Assembly: GCA_965140585.1 (NCBI GenBank)
Contig: OZ223268.1
Span: forward strand, 1-64,000
Origin: Spirochaetia bacterium
Lineage (GTDB): Bacteria; Spirochaetota; Spirochaetia; UBA9216
Length of the DNA: 64,000 nt
Reading direction: 5' to 3'
Part shown: positions 49,034-59,018 of the stretch, one piece after another
Layout of the letters: every line of letters begins with the position of its first letter
How positions within the stretch are numbered: the stretch's first letter is position 1
The notes under the pieces: generated by a model
The model's input: only the letters and a program-made list of their open reading frames with translations
Told to the model about the DNA's origin: nothing
Databases searched by the model: none
Made by a program: the position numbers and the translations under genes

Positions 49034-49708
49034 TCAATTCTCGAAGCGGAGACTCACCTGGGCATTGGATTTGTGGACTTTTCCAACCAGATCATTACCC
49101 AGACTCTGCTGTATTTTTATCCAGAAGGCGTTATTACTGACTTTCAGCTTTGAGAGATCACGGCTGGTCCAGAATTTGAGCCGGATCGGCATATCGGATA
49201 TTACATCGGCGGATGTCGGCTTTCCGGAGAGAAAACTCATCTCACCGATAAAATCACCCCGGCCGAGTATTGCAACGGTATTTATTCCGCTTTGTACATA
49301 TGCCTTTCCATCAATTACGATAAACACAGCTTCAGCCTTCACATTCTTTCTGAGTACATATCCGCTTTCGATGCTTTTATCCTGACCCATTTTCCAGAAT
49401 TTCAGAAACTCACGATGTGTCATATGAAGAAAATTGGAATTGTATATATCTTCCAGCTCTGCCGGTATTTTTACATCCCTTCTCTCAAGCAGCAGCAGGA
49501 TAATACGGTAGAGGTTTATGACAAGAAAAACACAGTTCCAGAATACAACTATAGGGTTTCCCTGTTTATTTCCGGTATAGATGAGCAGAATCTGTGCAGA
49601 TATCATAAGTATTCGCAGAATAAGAATATTTCGAACTGCCAGTCCGATTAGAGTACAGAGGTAGGCAATATTCATGATAATCAAAGTAGCTGAAAGACTG
49701 AAATCCAT
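49034..49708 (-). CDS. Popeye-domain-like membrane protein with cNMP-binding fold
   Basis: 3 TMs (RNILILR, WNCVFLVINL), ERR..IP..L..IY...F..MT.REF, GDFIGEMSF. Confidence 0.8.
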   Translation of the reverse strand: MDFSLSATLIIMNIAYLCTLIGLAVRNILILRILMISAQILLIYTGNKQGNPIVVFWNCVFLVINLYRIILLLLERRDVKIPAELEDIYNSNFLHMTHREFLKFWKMGQDKSIESGYVLRKNVKAEAVFIVIDGKAYVQSGINTVAILGRGDFIGEMSFLSGKPTSADVISDMPIRLKFWTSRDLSKLKVSNNAFWIKIQQSLGNDLVGKVHKSNAQVSLRFEN

Positions 49709-49711
49709 ACT

Positions 49712-51628
49712 TTACTTATCGGAAATTGGCTCTAAGTATTTACTTTTCACCGGTATTGTAAAATAAAAATCAGACCCCTTATTCTCGGTACTTTCCACTC
49801 TCAGCATCCCGCCAAGCTTTTCTGTAAACTCCCTGCACAGAACAAGCCCCAGTCCGGTTCCATGTTCATTCCCTGTACCAATGGTTGAATGATTGCGTTC
49901 GACATTGAAAAGTTCGTTAATGGCATCCCTGGACATTCCGATTCCCTTGTCACTGACACAGACGGTTATTTCTGTTTCATTTTTCTCAGCAGAAATAAAC
50001 ACCGTACCATCAGCAAAGGAAAACTTAATAGCATTTGAGATAAGGTTCCTTAGAATAGTCTTTAGCATTGATAAGTCTGTATTAACTTCAATTTCCTGTT
50101 CAGCCTTGTAGATTATCCGGATACCCTTCTGAACCGCAGAAAGTCTTGTAAGCTCTATAACATCTGCGATAACATTATTGAGGATAAGGTTCTCGGGCTC
50201 AATGCTGATTCCTCCGGTTTCAGTCATAGCCCAGTCCAGAAGATTGGATAAAAGATCCATAACCTGCCGGGATGACTGCTGAACCATCTTAACGATAGAT
50301 CCGACATCTTCTTTTGGTTCACTTTCAGTCTTCAGAGCCAGCATATCGCATATACCCACTATCGAGCTTACAGGGTTTCTTAGATCATGTGCGATAATAG
50401 AAAAAAAACGATCCTTAAGCGCATTCATTTCACGAAGCTTTTCTCTGCTTGAAATGATTTCTTCCTCATACTTTTTGAAGACTGTAATATCCTGATTTAT
50501 GCCGAAGATCTTGATTGTATTACCGGCGCTGTCCTTCTCAACCGATATTCGTACATTTATACTGCCAGGTTTTCCATCCGCATACACCATCCTGTGAACA
50601 ATCTGCGCGGTATAGTCAGCTTTATCGGTATCCAGCGCTTTTTGAATCTCGGTCATCACAAGGTATCTGTCTTCAGGATGTACAAATTTTTCTGCATACT
50701 GTTCCGTCGAAAGGGTGCTGCTGCCTGCTCCCTTTGTGTCTGTTTTAAACAGGGAATAGAAGGTATCGTTAAAGTGAAAAAGATTTTCCTCAACATCATA
50801 GACCCAGGGCCCCAGATGCGCAATCTTAAGCGCCATATCAAGCTTGTTTTGAGCATCAATCCTGGCTGATTCAGATTTTTTCCTTTTAGAGATGTCATGA
50901 GCTACACCTATTATCATTTTAGAATTATCATCACCATCCAGAGCCAGAGAGAAACTTGATTCATACCAGACCCAGTTACCATGTTTATTACAGATACGGA
51001 ATTCTATTGATGAAATTTTCCGGCCATTTTCAGCGACCTGCTGTATTTTTTGCATAAATGCAGGATAATCCTGTTCGTGAATAAATTCACTTACATTGAT
51101 TCCTATAACTTCATGAACAGAGTGCCCCAGTTTTTCCTTCCAGTTAGGGCTTACATAATCAAAAAAACCATCCGTCGTAATCGAACAGATAATGTCATTT
51201 GCGTATTCCACAATCGATCTGAACTTAATTTCTTTAGCAGAAAGGCTGTTTTCATCCTCCTTTATGCTGGTTATATCAATGATAGTAGTTATTGTCTTTT
51301 TAGAGGCTGCGGTAACAGAAGCCGATATTATACAGTAACGCAGTTCGCCGCGCTTATTTATGTAGGAGGTTTCGTATTCAGCAGGAGCCCCGGTTTCAGA
51401 TTTAGACCTTGCCTGATTATACTTTTTAAGCCTGCTTGTCTCATTTACAGGCATCAGGTCTGTCCATTTCCGGCCGGTTAGCTCAACCTCGGTATATCCG
51501 CTCAGAACACAGAATGCTTCATTAGCCAGGGAAATTGTAAAGTCCTGTTCCAGGACGGCAATAGCAGCAGCACTATTTCTAAAAATTTCCCTGTAGAGTG
51601 AATTGTCAAACTCGAGATTACCGCTCAT
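49712..51628 (-). CDS. Cytoplasmic triple-PAS histidine kinase
   Basis: Three PAS/PAC domains; IAHDLRNP, NLISNAIKF, DKGIG, GTGLGL. Start MSGN follows AGGGGAG. Confidence 0.92.
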   Translation of the reverse strand: MSGNLEFDNSLYREIFRNSAAAIAVLEQDFTISLANEAFCVLSGYTEVELTGRKWTDLMPVNETSRLKKYNQARSKSETGAPAEYETSYINKRGELRYCIISASVTAASKKTITTIIDITSIKEDENSLSAKEIKFRSIVEYANDIICSITTDGFFDYVSPNWKEKLGHSVHEVIGINVSEFIHEQDYPAFMQKIQQVAENGRKISSIEFRICNKHGNWVWYESSFSLALDGDDNSKMIIGVAHDISKRKKSESARIDAQNKLDMALKIAHLGPWVYDVEENLFHFNDTFYSLFKTDTKGAGSSTLSTEQYAEKFVHPEDRYLVMTEIQKALDTDKADYTAQIVHRMVYADGKPGSINVRISVEKDSAGNTIKIFGINQDITVFKKYEEEIISSREKLREMNALKDRFFSIIAHDLRNPVSSIVGICDMLALKTESEPKEDVGSIVKMVQQSSRQVMDLLSNLLDWAMTETGGISIEPENLILNNVIADVIELTRLSAVQKGIRIIYKAEQEIEVNTDLSMLKTILRNLISNAIKFSFADGTVFISAEKNETEITVCVSDKGIGMSRDAINELFNVERNHSTIGTGNEHGTGLGLVLCREFTEKLGGMLRVESTENKGSDFYFTIPVKSKYLEPISDK

Positions 51629-51735
51629 GTGCTCCCCTATGTCATTAATAAGGATAGGCTGTTGCACGTTCAGAGTCAAATAATTGGATAGACTTTAATT
51701 GGACTTACATTGAAGCTGAACTTATAATTGATTAT

Positions 51736-53443
51736 ATGAAGAAGTTTTCAGTAATTATTATTTTCCTGTTCTGCATTAATTCTGTGCTGCCCGCTCAAAA
51801 TGAATCTCCCAATATACTTGTGATACATTCATATAATCCGGATTATCCATGGACTTCAAATCTTGATAGAGGTCTTACAAATACACTTATTGAACGATAT
51901 CCCTTTATCTCACTGGATAAGGAATTTTATGATTCCAAAAGATATCCTGCTGAACTTGTTGAATCTCCTTTTTATAACCACATAAAGAAAAAGTATGAGC
52001 ATAAGGATTTTGATATAGTCCTGACATCTGATGATAACGCTCTTAGATTTTATCTGAAATACAGAGAAGAGCTTTTTCCAGACACTCCCTGTGTTTTCAG
52101 TGGGATAAATAATATTGATTTATATGATTTAAAAAAAATGGACAAAATTACAGGGATATCAGAGGATTCAGATTTTGTTGCAAACCTTGAACTGCTCGAG
52201 AATATCCCGCTCAACATAGATACTATTGCCGTTATTTCCGATCCGACAACTACAGGCTCTGCAGATTTGATTAAGTTCAGAGAAATTTCAGAACCTTTTA
52301 AATCCAGATTTGATTTTATTGAACTGGTTGACCTCTCAATTGAGGAGCTTCTTTCTGCACTTGAAGAACTATCTCCGACAACAGCCATTTTTTTATAAGT
52401 TTCTGGAGAGATATCAATAATAAACCGCTGGAACCTGCTGTTATAATTCCAAAGCTGGCAGAAGTAAGCCAGCAGCCTGTAATTGGCGCCTGGGATTTTT
52501 TTATTACCGGGGGGGGCTTTCGGCGGAATTGCAATTAATTCATATGATCACGGAGTCCTGCAGGCTGAATATGCCATTAAAGTTCTGGATGGAGTACCAC
52601 CGGGCAGTATCCCCATATTCCGGGGTGAAATTACCACTCCGTATTTCAATTATCAGGCTGTTAAAAAATTCGGACTGAAGATTTCAAACCTTCCGGATGG
52701 TACAGTATTATTCAATACTCCGGACACTCTCTATTTCAATAATCCGCAAATGTTCAGGGTTATCCTTATTGTTATTGTGGTTCTTACCTTCATGGTTAGC
52801 TTTCTTACATTCAATACTTTTAGAAAAAAACAGATAGAGACGGCACTCAGGAAAACGCTTAAAGAGAAACAGATTCTGCTTCAGGAGATACACCACAGGG
52901 TAAAAAATAATCTGCAGACCATTTAAACCTCCAGTTGTATAATATTTCGGACGAAGAAGCTGCAAAAGCTATCATGGACAGCCAGAACCGTATCGAGGCT
53001 ATGGCGCAGGCTCATAAAAAACTTTATGAATCTGACTCGCTGAATGATATTGACTTTGGAGATTATATTCGAAGTCTCAGCCGTATACTGGCTGCACAGG
53101 GACCTGAAGATCTGATAGTTGAAACGAATTGCAGCGAAGTCTCTACCAGCATAGACATATCAGTTCCTGTTGGATTGATTCTGAATGAACTTATAACAAA
53201 CAGTCTTAAATATGCCTTTAATTCAGTTAGCGAAAAAAAATCATGATCACTTGTTCAAGGATAGGAGAAAATAATTTATTACTGACATACACAGACAGTG
53301 GACCGGGATTTGACTTTGAATCAGAGAAGCACACATCATTGGGACTGCAGCTCGTTGAGGCACTGTTGATCCAGCTGCGGACTGAAATGAAATATGACAA
53401 TTCTGACCACTCCAAATTTCTAATGGACATAAAATTAAATTAA
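51736..53443 (+). pseudogene. Periplasmic-binding-domain sensor + HisKA_2/HWE-type kinase, fragmented
   Basis: ILVIHSY..YPWT, EIHHRVKNNLQ, LNELITNSLKYAF, SLGLQLV; indels at about 52390, 52500, 52925 and 53240. Confidence 0.85.
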
Positions 53444-53530
53444 AATAAAGGTACAGATTTGCAAGGTCGGTCGCCGGATCCTGAAAGCGGACATAGAATT
53501 AACCTAAATAATAATTAAGGGAGATATTCT

Positions 53531-54497
53531 ATGAAATCCCTAAAATCCGCCGTAACGGCTCTTCTGCTGGCAGGAGCTGTATTATGCTCTTTTTCATGTG
53601 CCTCATTTGAGATGCCTGGAGCGAAGCCGATTTAAGTCTTTATGAAGATATACAGGAATGGCTATACGGAAGAAAAGGCGAGGTATTGTTCATGACTCAG
53701 AACAAGGTAAGAGCGACAAGCAACCTCACCTACATCGCAGCAGAAGGCAGCGGTGCTGAGGTTGAAGCCTTCTACAAGAACATAAACGGAACTGATTCTG
53801 AACCTGAAACAGGAGTCTTCGTTAACAGCAGTTTTCCCCTGAAAAGGGTTATAGTTCAGAGCTCAGGCAGTAAACTTACAAAATCAACAGTAAACAAAGC
53901 CTGGGATGAACTTTTCAGTGTCACAGCCGAGAATAATACAATTGTTATGCAGATCCTGGATTATGCTTTGAAAACATACCCTGTTGACGAAAGCCGGATT
54001 TATCTCACAGGGTTCTCTATGGGCGGAGTTATGTCAGGATTTGTCGGACTGCAGAATACAGATAAAATTGCCGCAATCGCTATAATGGGTTCACAGGCTA
54101 TTATGATGATAACTTTGTAAAACTTGTTGAAGAAAAGAAAGCAGATACCGACCTTCCATTCCTGCTGCTTGTAGGCAAGAAAGATATGCTTAACATTACA
54201 CCTGATGAATCGGGAAATCCTGTAATTGGAAACATCTATCCGGGAAGCATTGATTTACTCATGAAGTTTAATGAGATTGAGGTATCAGAACGGGATTACG
54301 CATCCTACCCTTTCTGGGGATTTAAGACTGAAGATTCCAGGACTGTTGAAGATAAAGATCTGCATTATGATTTCAGTTATCTTTACAAAAATGGAAAAAC
54401 AGCTGCAGAGTTTATCCTTTTCGAAGAAGCAGGCCACACTCACGCTGATTATTATGCAACCATAGGCTGGGACTTCCTTTCCGGATATACCAGATAA
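53531..54497 (+). pseudogene. Lipoprotein alpha/beta-hydrolase (PHB-depolymerase/feruloyl-esterase-like), fragmented
   Basis: Lipobox FSC after AAGGGAG + ATG 53531; early TAA; VDESRIYLTGFSMGG nucleophile motif; AGHTH...WDFL tail in another frame. Confidence 0.75.
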
Positions 54498-54509
54498 AAC
54501 GGATTAAAT

Positions 54510-54544
54510 AAGGCTGAAAACCTGTAATAGTTTTCAGCCTTTTC
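54510..54544 (+). terminator. Terminator between convergent pseudogenes
   Basis: AAGGCTGAAAAC-N8-GTTTTCAGCCTT-TTT. Confidence 0.75.
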
Positions 54545-55698
54545 TCTGAAGTTCCTTTCTGTAAGCGGTGGGTGTTTGCCCTGTCTGTTGTTTAAAAACA
54601 GTATTAAACGTAGATTTTGAATTAAACCCGCATCGGAAAGCAATATCAATCAGTTTTACATCCGGGTCAATTTCTTTTTACAGAGCTTTTATCACCTCTG
54701 AAACTCTGTAGTAATTTATATAGTTATAGAAATTCTTACCATATATATTATTTATAACTACTGAAAGATGGTAATAGAGAATTTTCATCTGCTCGGAAAG
54801 GTCCTTGATATTAAGTTTTTCATCAAGATAAGGTTTTTCTTTTTCCATATATTCTTCAAGCCTGCCTGCATACAGTTTCTGAAGGGGCAGATCGATATTC
54901 AGCCTGGAATACTTCGGACTTTCATCAGTCCGATTTGATAAACGGCTGTTCATGAGACTATACATATCTCTGTTCTGGTTAACAATCAACGGCTGATTTA
55001 TTAAAAGGCTTAGAATTATAAACATACTAACACACAGCGTAGTAAGAATAATAATGGCAACAAGCGGTGTCGGTCCTTTAAAAAAAGCATACCAGAACCC
55101 AGCATTTGAAATGGTAAAAAAGATTAGGGGTGTGATTAGTATCCTCAAAAACCAGTTAATATCTCTTTTTTCAATCTCGGAGAAGTAATCCCTGATATCG
55201 ACAGAGTATTTTTTCATTTTAATAAATGCCAGACATACATAGATCAGGGAGTTTATCATCCCTATACCAACGATATAGAGAGTATTTTTAGTCAGCAGCT
55301 GTCCGTAAATTCTGGGTGAATCATCAATGATAAATGAAGTAATATGAAAAACCAGTAGTACAGCATAAACACTTAAATGAAGCATTCGGCTTCCGAGGCT
55401 GTTGTGTTTTTGACCCGTGAGCGTAATTGTATAAAAATAAATAAAAACACCGTGAAGTGCATTTGAAGGCAATAGTATAATAGAAAACAAATCACCGATT
55501 TTCCACATTCCTAAATTCCAGAAAAAAATGGTAAATAAGAGGCTGCAGAAATCAGAATAAACCATGATAAAAATGCATTTGCCTCACGATTCTGTTTGGA
55601 AACAGTGATGACAAAACCTGTAAGGACTGCCATAGAAATTGAAATGACCTGTGTGTGATGCATCAAACTGTTTAATATTTCCGTAAGTTTTCTCCATA
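54545..55698 (-). pseudogene. Membrane-anchored AraC regulator, frameshifted
   Basis: ORF 54678-55565 stops after NFYNYINYYRV; the second HTH IDIAFRCGFNSKSTFNTVFKQQTGQTP continues in another frame; N-terminus also broken. Confidence 0.85.
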
Positions 55699-55819
55699 TT
55701 CCAGTGATAAGCAGTCAATATTAAAATTAATGCTGTCTGGTATCAATAAGGAATTCAAAACTATGCACTAACCTGTCGAGAAAATTAATATAGGTATAAT
55801 AAAGCTTGGAGTTAAGTTA

Positions 55820-56458
55820 ATGAACGATGAAAAAGATTATTCCGGACTTCTGAATCTGCCTGATAAGATCGGAGAGATATCAGAATATTATGACAGCTGG
55901 GCAAAAGAATACAATGACACACTGAAACAGTGGGATTATCATGCCCCTGAAAATGCAGCAGAAATAATCAGCAACAATGTACCTGTATCAGGAGAGATTC
56001 TGGATGCAGGATGCGGAACAGGACTTGTCGGCACTGCACTTGCAGCAAAGGGATTCACAAAAATAGACGGTATAGATTTATCGGCAGAATCACTCATTCA
56101 GGCATCTAAAGCCTCTGTTTATCGGAGCCTTCATGAGCTGAATATGAAAGAACTGCCGCTGCCTATTGACTCAAACACATACGACGGATTGCTCTGTGTA
56201 GGCGTCCTTACCTATCTGCCGGACAGTACCGACATTATTCGTGAATTCTCACGGATAGTAAAACCAGGAGGGATAGTAGCTCTTACACAGCGGGATGATA
56301 TATTCCAGGAAAGGAACTTCGATACAGTACTTGATACGCTGGTGGAGAATCAGGTAATCGCAGACCTTAAAATATCTGAACCTCTTCCCTATCTTCCGGA
56401 GAACGAGGAATTCGGTAATGATATTCTGGTACAGTACATAAGTTTCAGAGCCGCATAA
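55820..56458 (+). CDS. Class I SAM-dependent methyltransferase
   Basis: YYDSWAKEY, ILDAGCGTGLVG, GIDLS, RIVKPGG. Confidence 0.92.
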   Translation: MNDEKDYSGLLNLPDKIGEISEYYDSWAKEYNDTLKQWDYHAPENAAEIISNNVPVSGEILDAGCGTGLVGTALAAKGFTKIDGIDLSAESLIQASKASVYRSLHELNMKELPLPIDSNTYDGLLCVGVLTYLPDSTDIIREFSRIVKPGGIVALTQRDDIFQERNFDTVLDTLVENQVIADLKISEPLPYLPENEEFGNDILVQYISFRAA

Positions 56459-56564
56459 ATTATATAAAAATATGTTTCCATTATCTTTACAAATGCGGTA
56501 TAGTAACTTTAATGTAAAAATCAGAGTAATCGATTACAACCTTAGTATATAAGGAACGCGGCCG

Positions 56565-58130
56565 GTGAATACAGTATTTATTATAAAAACGTCTACTATT
56601 ATAGCTTCTCTACTATCAGCCGCTCTTTATATATACGTATTCAGACAGCGTAAACTGTCAAAACCCCTGTGGTATTATGCAGGTTTGATGCTTGCTAATA
56701 CGGTTTATGCAACTTTTTATTTTATAGAGCTTCATGTTCCTAATCTTAACGGTGCAATATTGTGCCTGAATTTTGAATATTTGGGATTGTCATTTGTTCC
56801 CTCGTTCTGGGTTCTGATTGCATGGTCCTATAACAACCGGGGAACCAGTACTGTAGGTATAGAAAATATATGGAGAGGAATCATTTTTCTGATTCCCGCT
56901 GTAATAGTATTACTGGTATGGACAAACCCGCTTCACCATTTAATCTATACTGATATTTCACTCACTCCCGGTTTACCATTAACGGTTTTACAGACGGAAA
57001 GAGCCCCTTTTTTCTGGGTTATAAATGCTTTACTTTCAATACTGCATGTACTTGGAACCGGCAGACTTATATACAGTCTGGTCTGCTTCAAGGGTAGATT
57101 CAAAATGCAGTTCAGCATTATGATTTCGGCAACAATCCTGCCGACTATTGCACATATATTTCTTTTAATGAAAAAAGTTCCGTATAACATGGATCTGGGT
57201 CCTTCTGCGTTCGGCATTTCGGGACTGCTGCTTTTCTGGGGAATGATCAAGATGCAGCTGTTCGATCTTATGCCTATCGCCAGAAACATGGTGCTTGAAG
57301 CTATTGATGATGCTGTTTTTGTAGTCGATTTAAAATATCGTCTGGTTGAATGCAACAAATCTGCCAAAAAACACCTAGCAAAAACAAAATATAAAGACCC
57401 CGAAAAGGTGATGGAATGGACCAACCTTGAACTATGGCAAAAACTGCTGCGAGTTGAGGATTCAGCTGAAATACAGCTTACAGTAGAAAGCTGTATTCAT
57501 TTTTTCAAAGTTTCAAGATCTTCAATTTCACACGGAGTTTACGGGACCCTTGGCTACCTCTACATCCTGCATGATATTACAGAGATAAAATCCTATGTAG
57601 AAAAGCTGGAAACACTGGCTTCGATAGACGGGCTGACCGGGCTGTTCAACCGTCGGCATTTTATGCAGCTTGCAAAGCTTGAAGTATCCAGAGTTGACAG
57701 ATATGACGGATTCTTCTCGATGATTATTTTCGATCTCGATCATTTTAAAAAAGTAAATGATAAATTCGGACATAGTGCCGGAGATGAAGCTCTGCAGATG
57801 GTTGGACGCCTGGTCATGGAGAATACAAGAGCCGGTGACCTCTATGCAAGATACGGTGGAGAGGAATTCGTCCTGCTTTACAGAGAGACAACACCCGAGC
57901 AGGCTGAGTTGTCTATTGAAAGGCTGCGGATAGCTATTGAAACTGCACAGGTTTATCATAATGATAAAAGGATTCCCGTTACCGCAAGTTTCGGAATTAG
58001 TTACTATAAGCCGGGAACCGGCATGACACTTGAAAAATGCCTGAATAATGCCGACACGGCAATGTACGAAGCTAAGCGCCAGGGTCGCAACAGAATATGC
58101 CATTTCGATCCGCTTTCAACAGTGCGATAA
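56565..58130 (+). CDS. Diguanylate cyclase (HisKA_7TM + PAS-like + GGEEF)
   Basis: 7TM N-terminus with TNPLHHL; DGLTGLFNRR, DLDHFKKVND, RAGD..ARYGGEEF (I-site RxxD present). Confidence 0.93.
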   Translation: MNTVFIIKTSTIIASLLSAALYIYVFRQRKLSKPLWYYAGLMLANTVYATFYFIELHVPNLNGAILCLNFEYLGLSFVPSFWVLIAWSYNNRGTSTVGIENIWRGIIFLIPAVIVLLVWTNPLHHLIYTDISLTPGLPLTVLQTERAPFFWVINALLSILHVLGTGRLIYSLVCFKGRFKMQFSIMISATILPTIAHIFLLMKKVPYNMDLGPSAFGISGLLLFWGMIKMQLFDLMPIARNMVLEAIDDAVFVVDLKYRLVECNKSAKKHLAKTKYKDPEKVMEWTNLELWQKLLRVEDSAEIQLTVESCIHFFKVSRSSISHGVYGTLGYLYILHDITEIKSYVEKLETLASIDGLTGLFNRRHFMQLAKLEVSRVDRYDGFFSMIIFDLDHFKKVNDKFGHSAGDEALQMVGRLVMENTRAGDLYARYGGEEFVLLYRETTPEQAELSIERLRIAIETAQVYHNDKRIPVTASFGISYYKPGTGMTLEKCLNNADTAMYEAKRQGRNRICHFDPLSTVR

Positions 58131-58133
58131 TGC

Positions 58134-59009
58134 TCAGCGGATTTTCTGCTCCAGCCAGGCCTTTGTGATCGCCCCGCTTCTGATAGTATCTATTATGCCA
58201 TCATCCCTTATAATTACTGTAATAGGAATTGAACTTATATCGAAGGCCTGCGAGGCCTCTCCCGTCCGATCAAAATAAACAGGAAAGGGCATTTTTTCAT
58301 CTTCAAGGTAGCTCTCCAGAGCCTCACGATTCTGTTCACTTGTTGTTAAATTAACTGACAGAAACACAACATCTTCGTCTTTATTTTCCGTATAAAACGC
58401 TTTCAATTCGGGCATCTCTGCTCTGCAGGGCGGGCACCAGCTGGCCCAAAAATTCAGGACTATAGTCTTGCCGGCAAAATCTGAAATATTATAAAGATCA
58501 CCGGATTCGCCGCTTATCGAAAAATCCGGAACCTGAGTATCGGAGGCTACCGCTCCCCCGGCCCTGCCATCCAGAAACCGTGAACCTGCAAAACCGGTAA
58601 TAAGCCCTGTTATTAAGATGATAAGAATGAGAACTGAGGCATTAAGACCTAAACTTCTGAAAAGCGGCGTTTTGCCCTCTTTTATCTTCAAAAACTTCCA
58701 GACTGTATATCCGGACGCTGTCACAAGCCCCAGAATTACTCCGGACGCACCGCCTGGAAGATAAAGAACAGCTATAGGATTGCTGACAACCGTTTTAAAC
58801 TGAAAAATCAGAGGAGATAATTTCCAGACGATTATAAGGATGAATACCGCATTAAAAAGTATCCCGTCAGCTAATTTAAGCTGTTCGGGGTTTTTCCGAT
58901 ATACCTGCCTGATAACAATTCTGTAAATCAGCCAGGACATAGCAAGCGCTATGAAATAAAGGGGCAGATTCAAAGGCCCAAGTGTAATTACTCTGCTAAG
59001 ACTTTCCAA
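58134..59009 (-). CDS. TlpA/ResA-type redoxin fused to an Lgt-like membrane N-domain
   Basis: LNFWASWCPPCRAEMP, SIP; N-terminal ITLGPL...4 TMs. Confidence 0.85.
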   Translation of the reverse strand: MESLSRVITLGPLNLPLYFIALAMSWLIYRIVIRQVYRKNPEQLKLADGILFNAVFILIIVWKLSPLIFQFKTVVSNPIAVLYLPGGASGVILGLVTASGYTVWKFLKIKEGKTPLFRSLGLNASVLILIILITGLITGFAGSRFLDGRAGGAVASDTQVPDFSISGESGDLYNISDFAGKTIVLNFWASWCPPCRAEMPELKAFYTENKDEDVVFLSVNLTTSEQNREALESYLEDEKMPFPVYFDRTGEASQAFDISSIPITVIIRDDGIIDTIRSGAITKAWLEQKIR

Positions 59010-59018
59010 TATATAACC

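Noticed and set aside
52509-52516. G8 tract as a phase-variation switch
   Set aside because: The gene has other lesions, including a non-homopolymer deletion, so changing this tract alone cannot restore it
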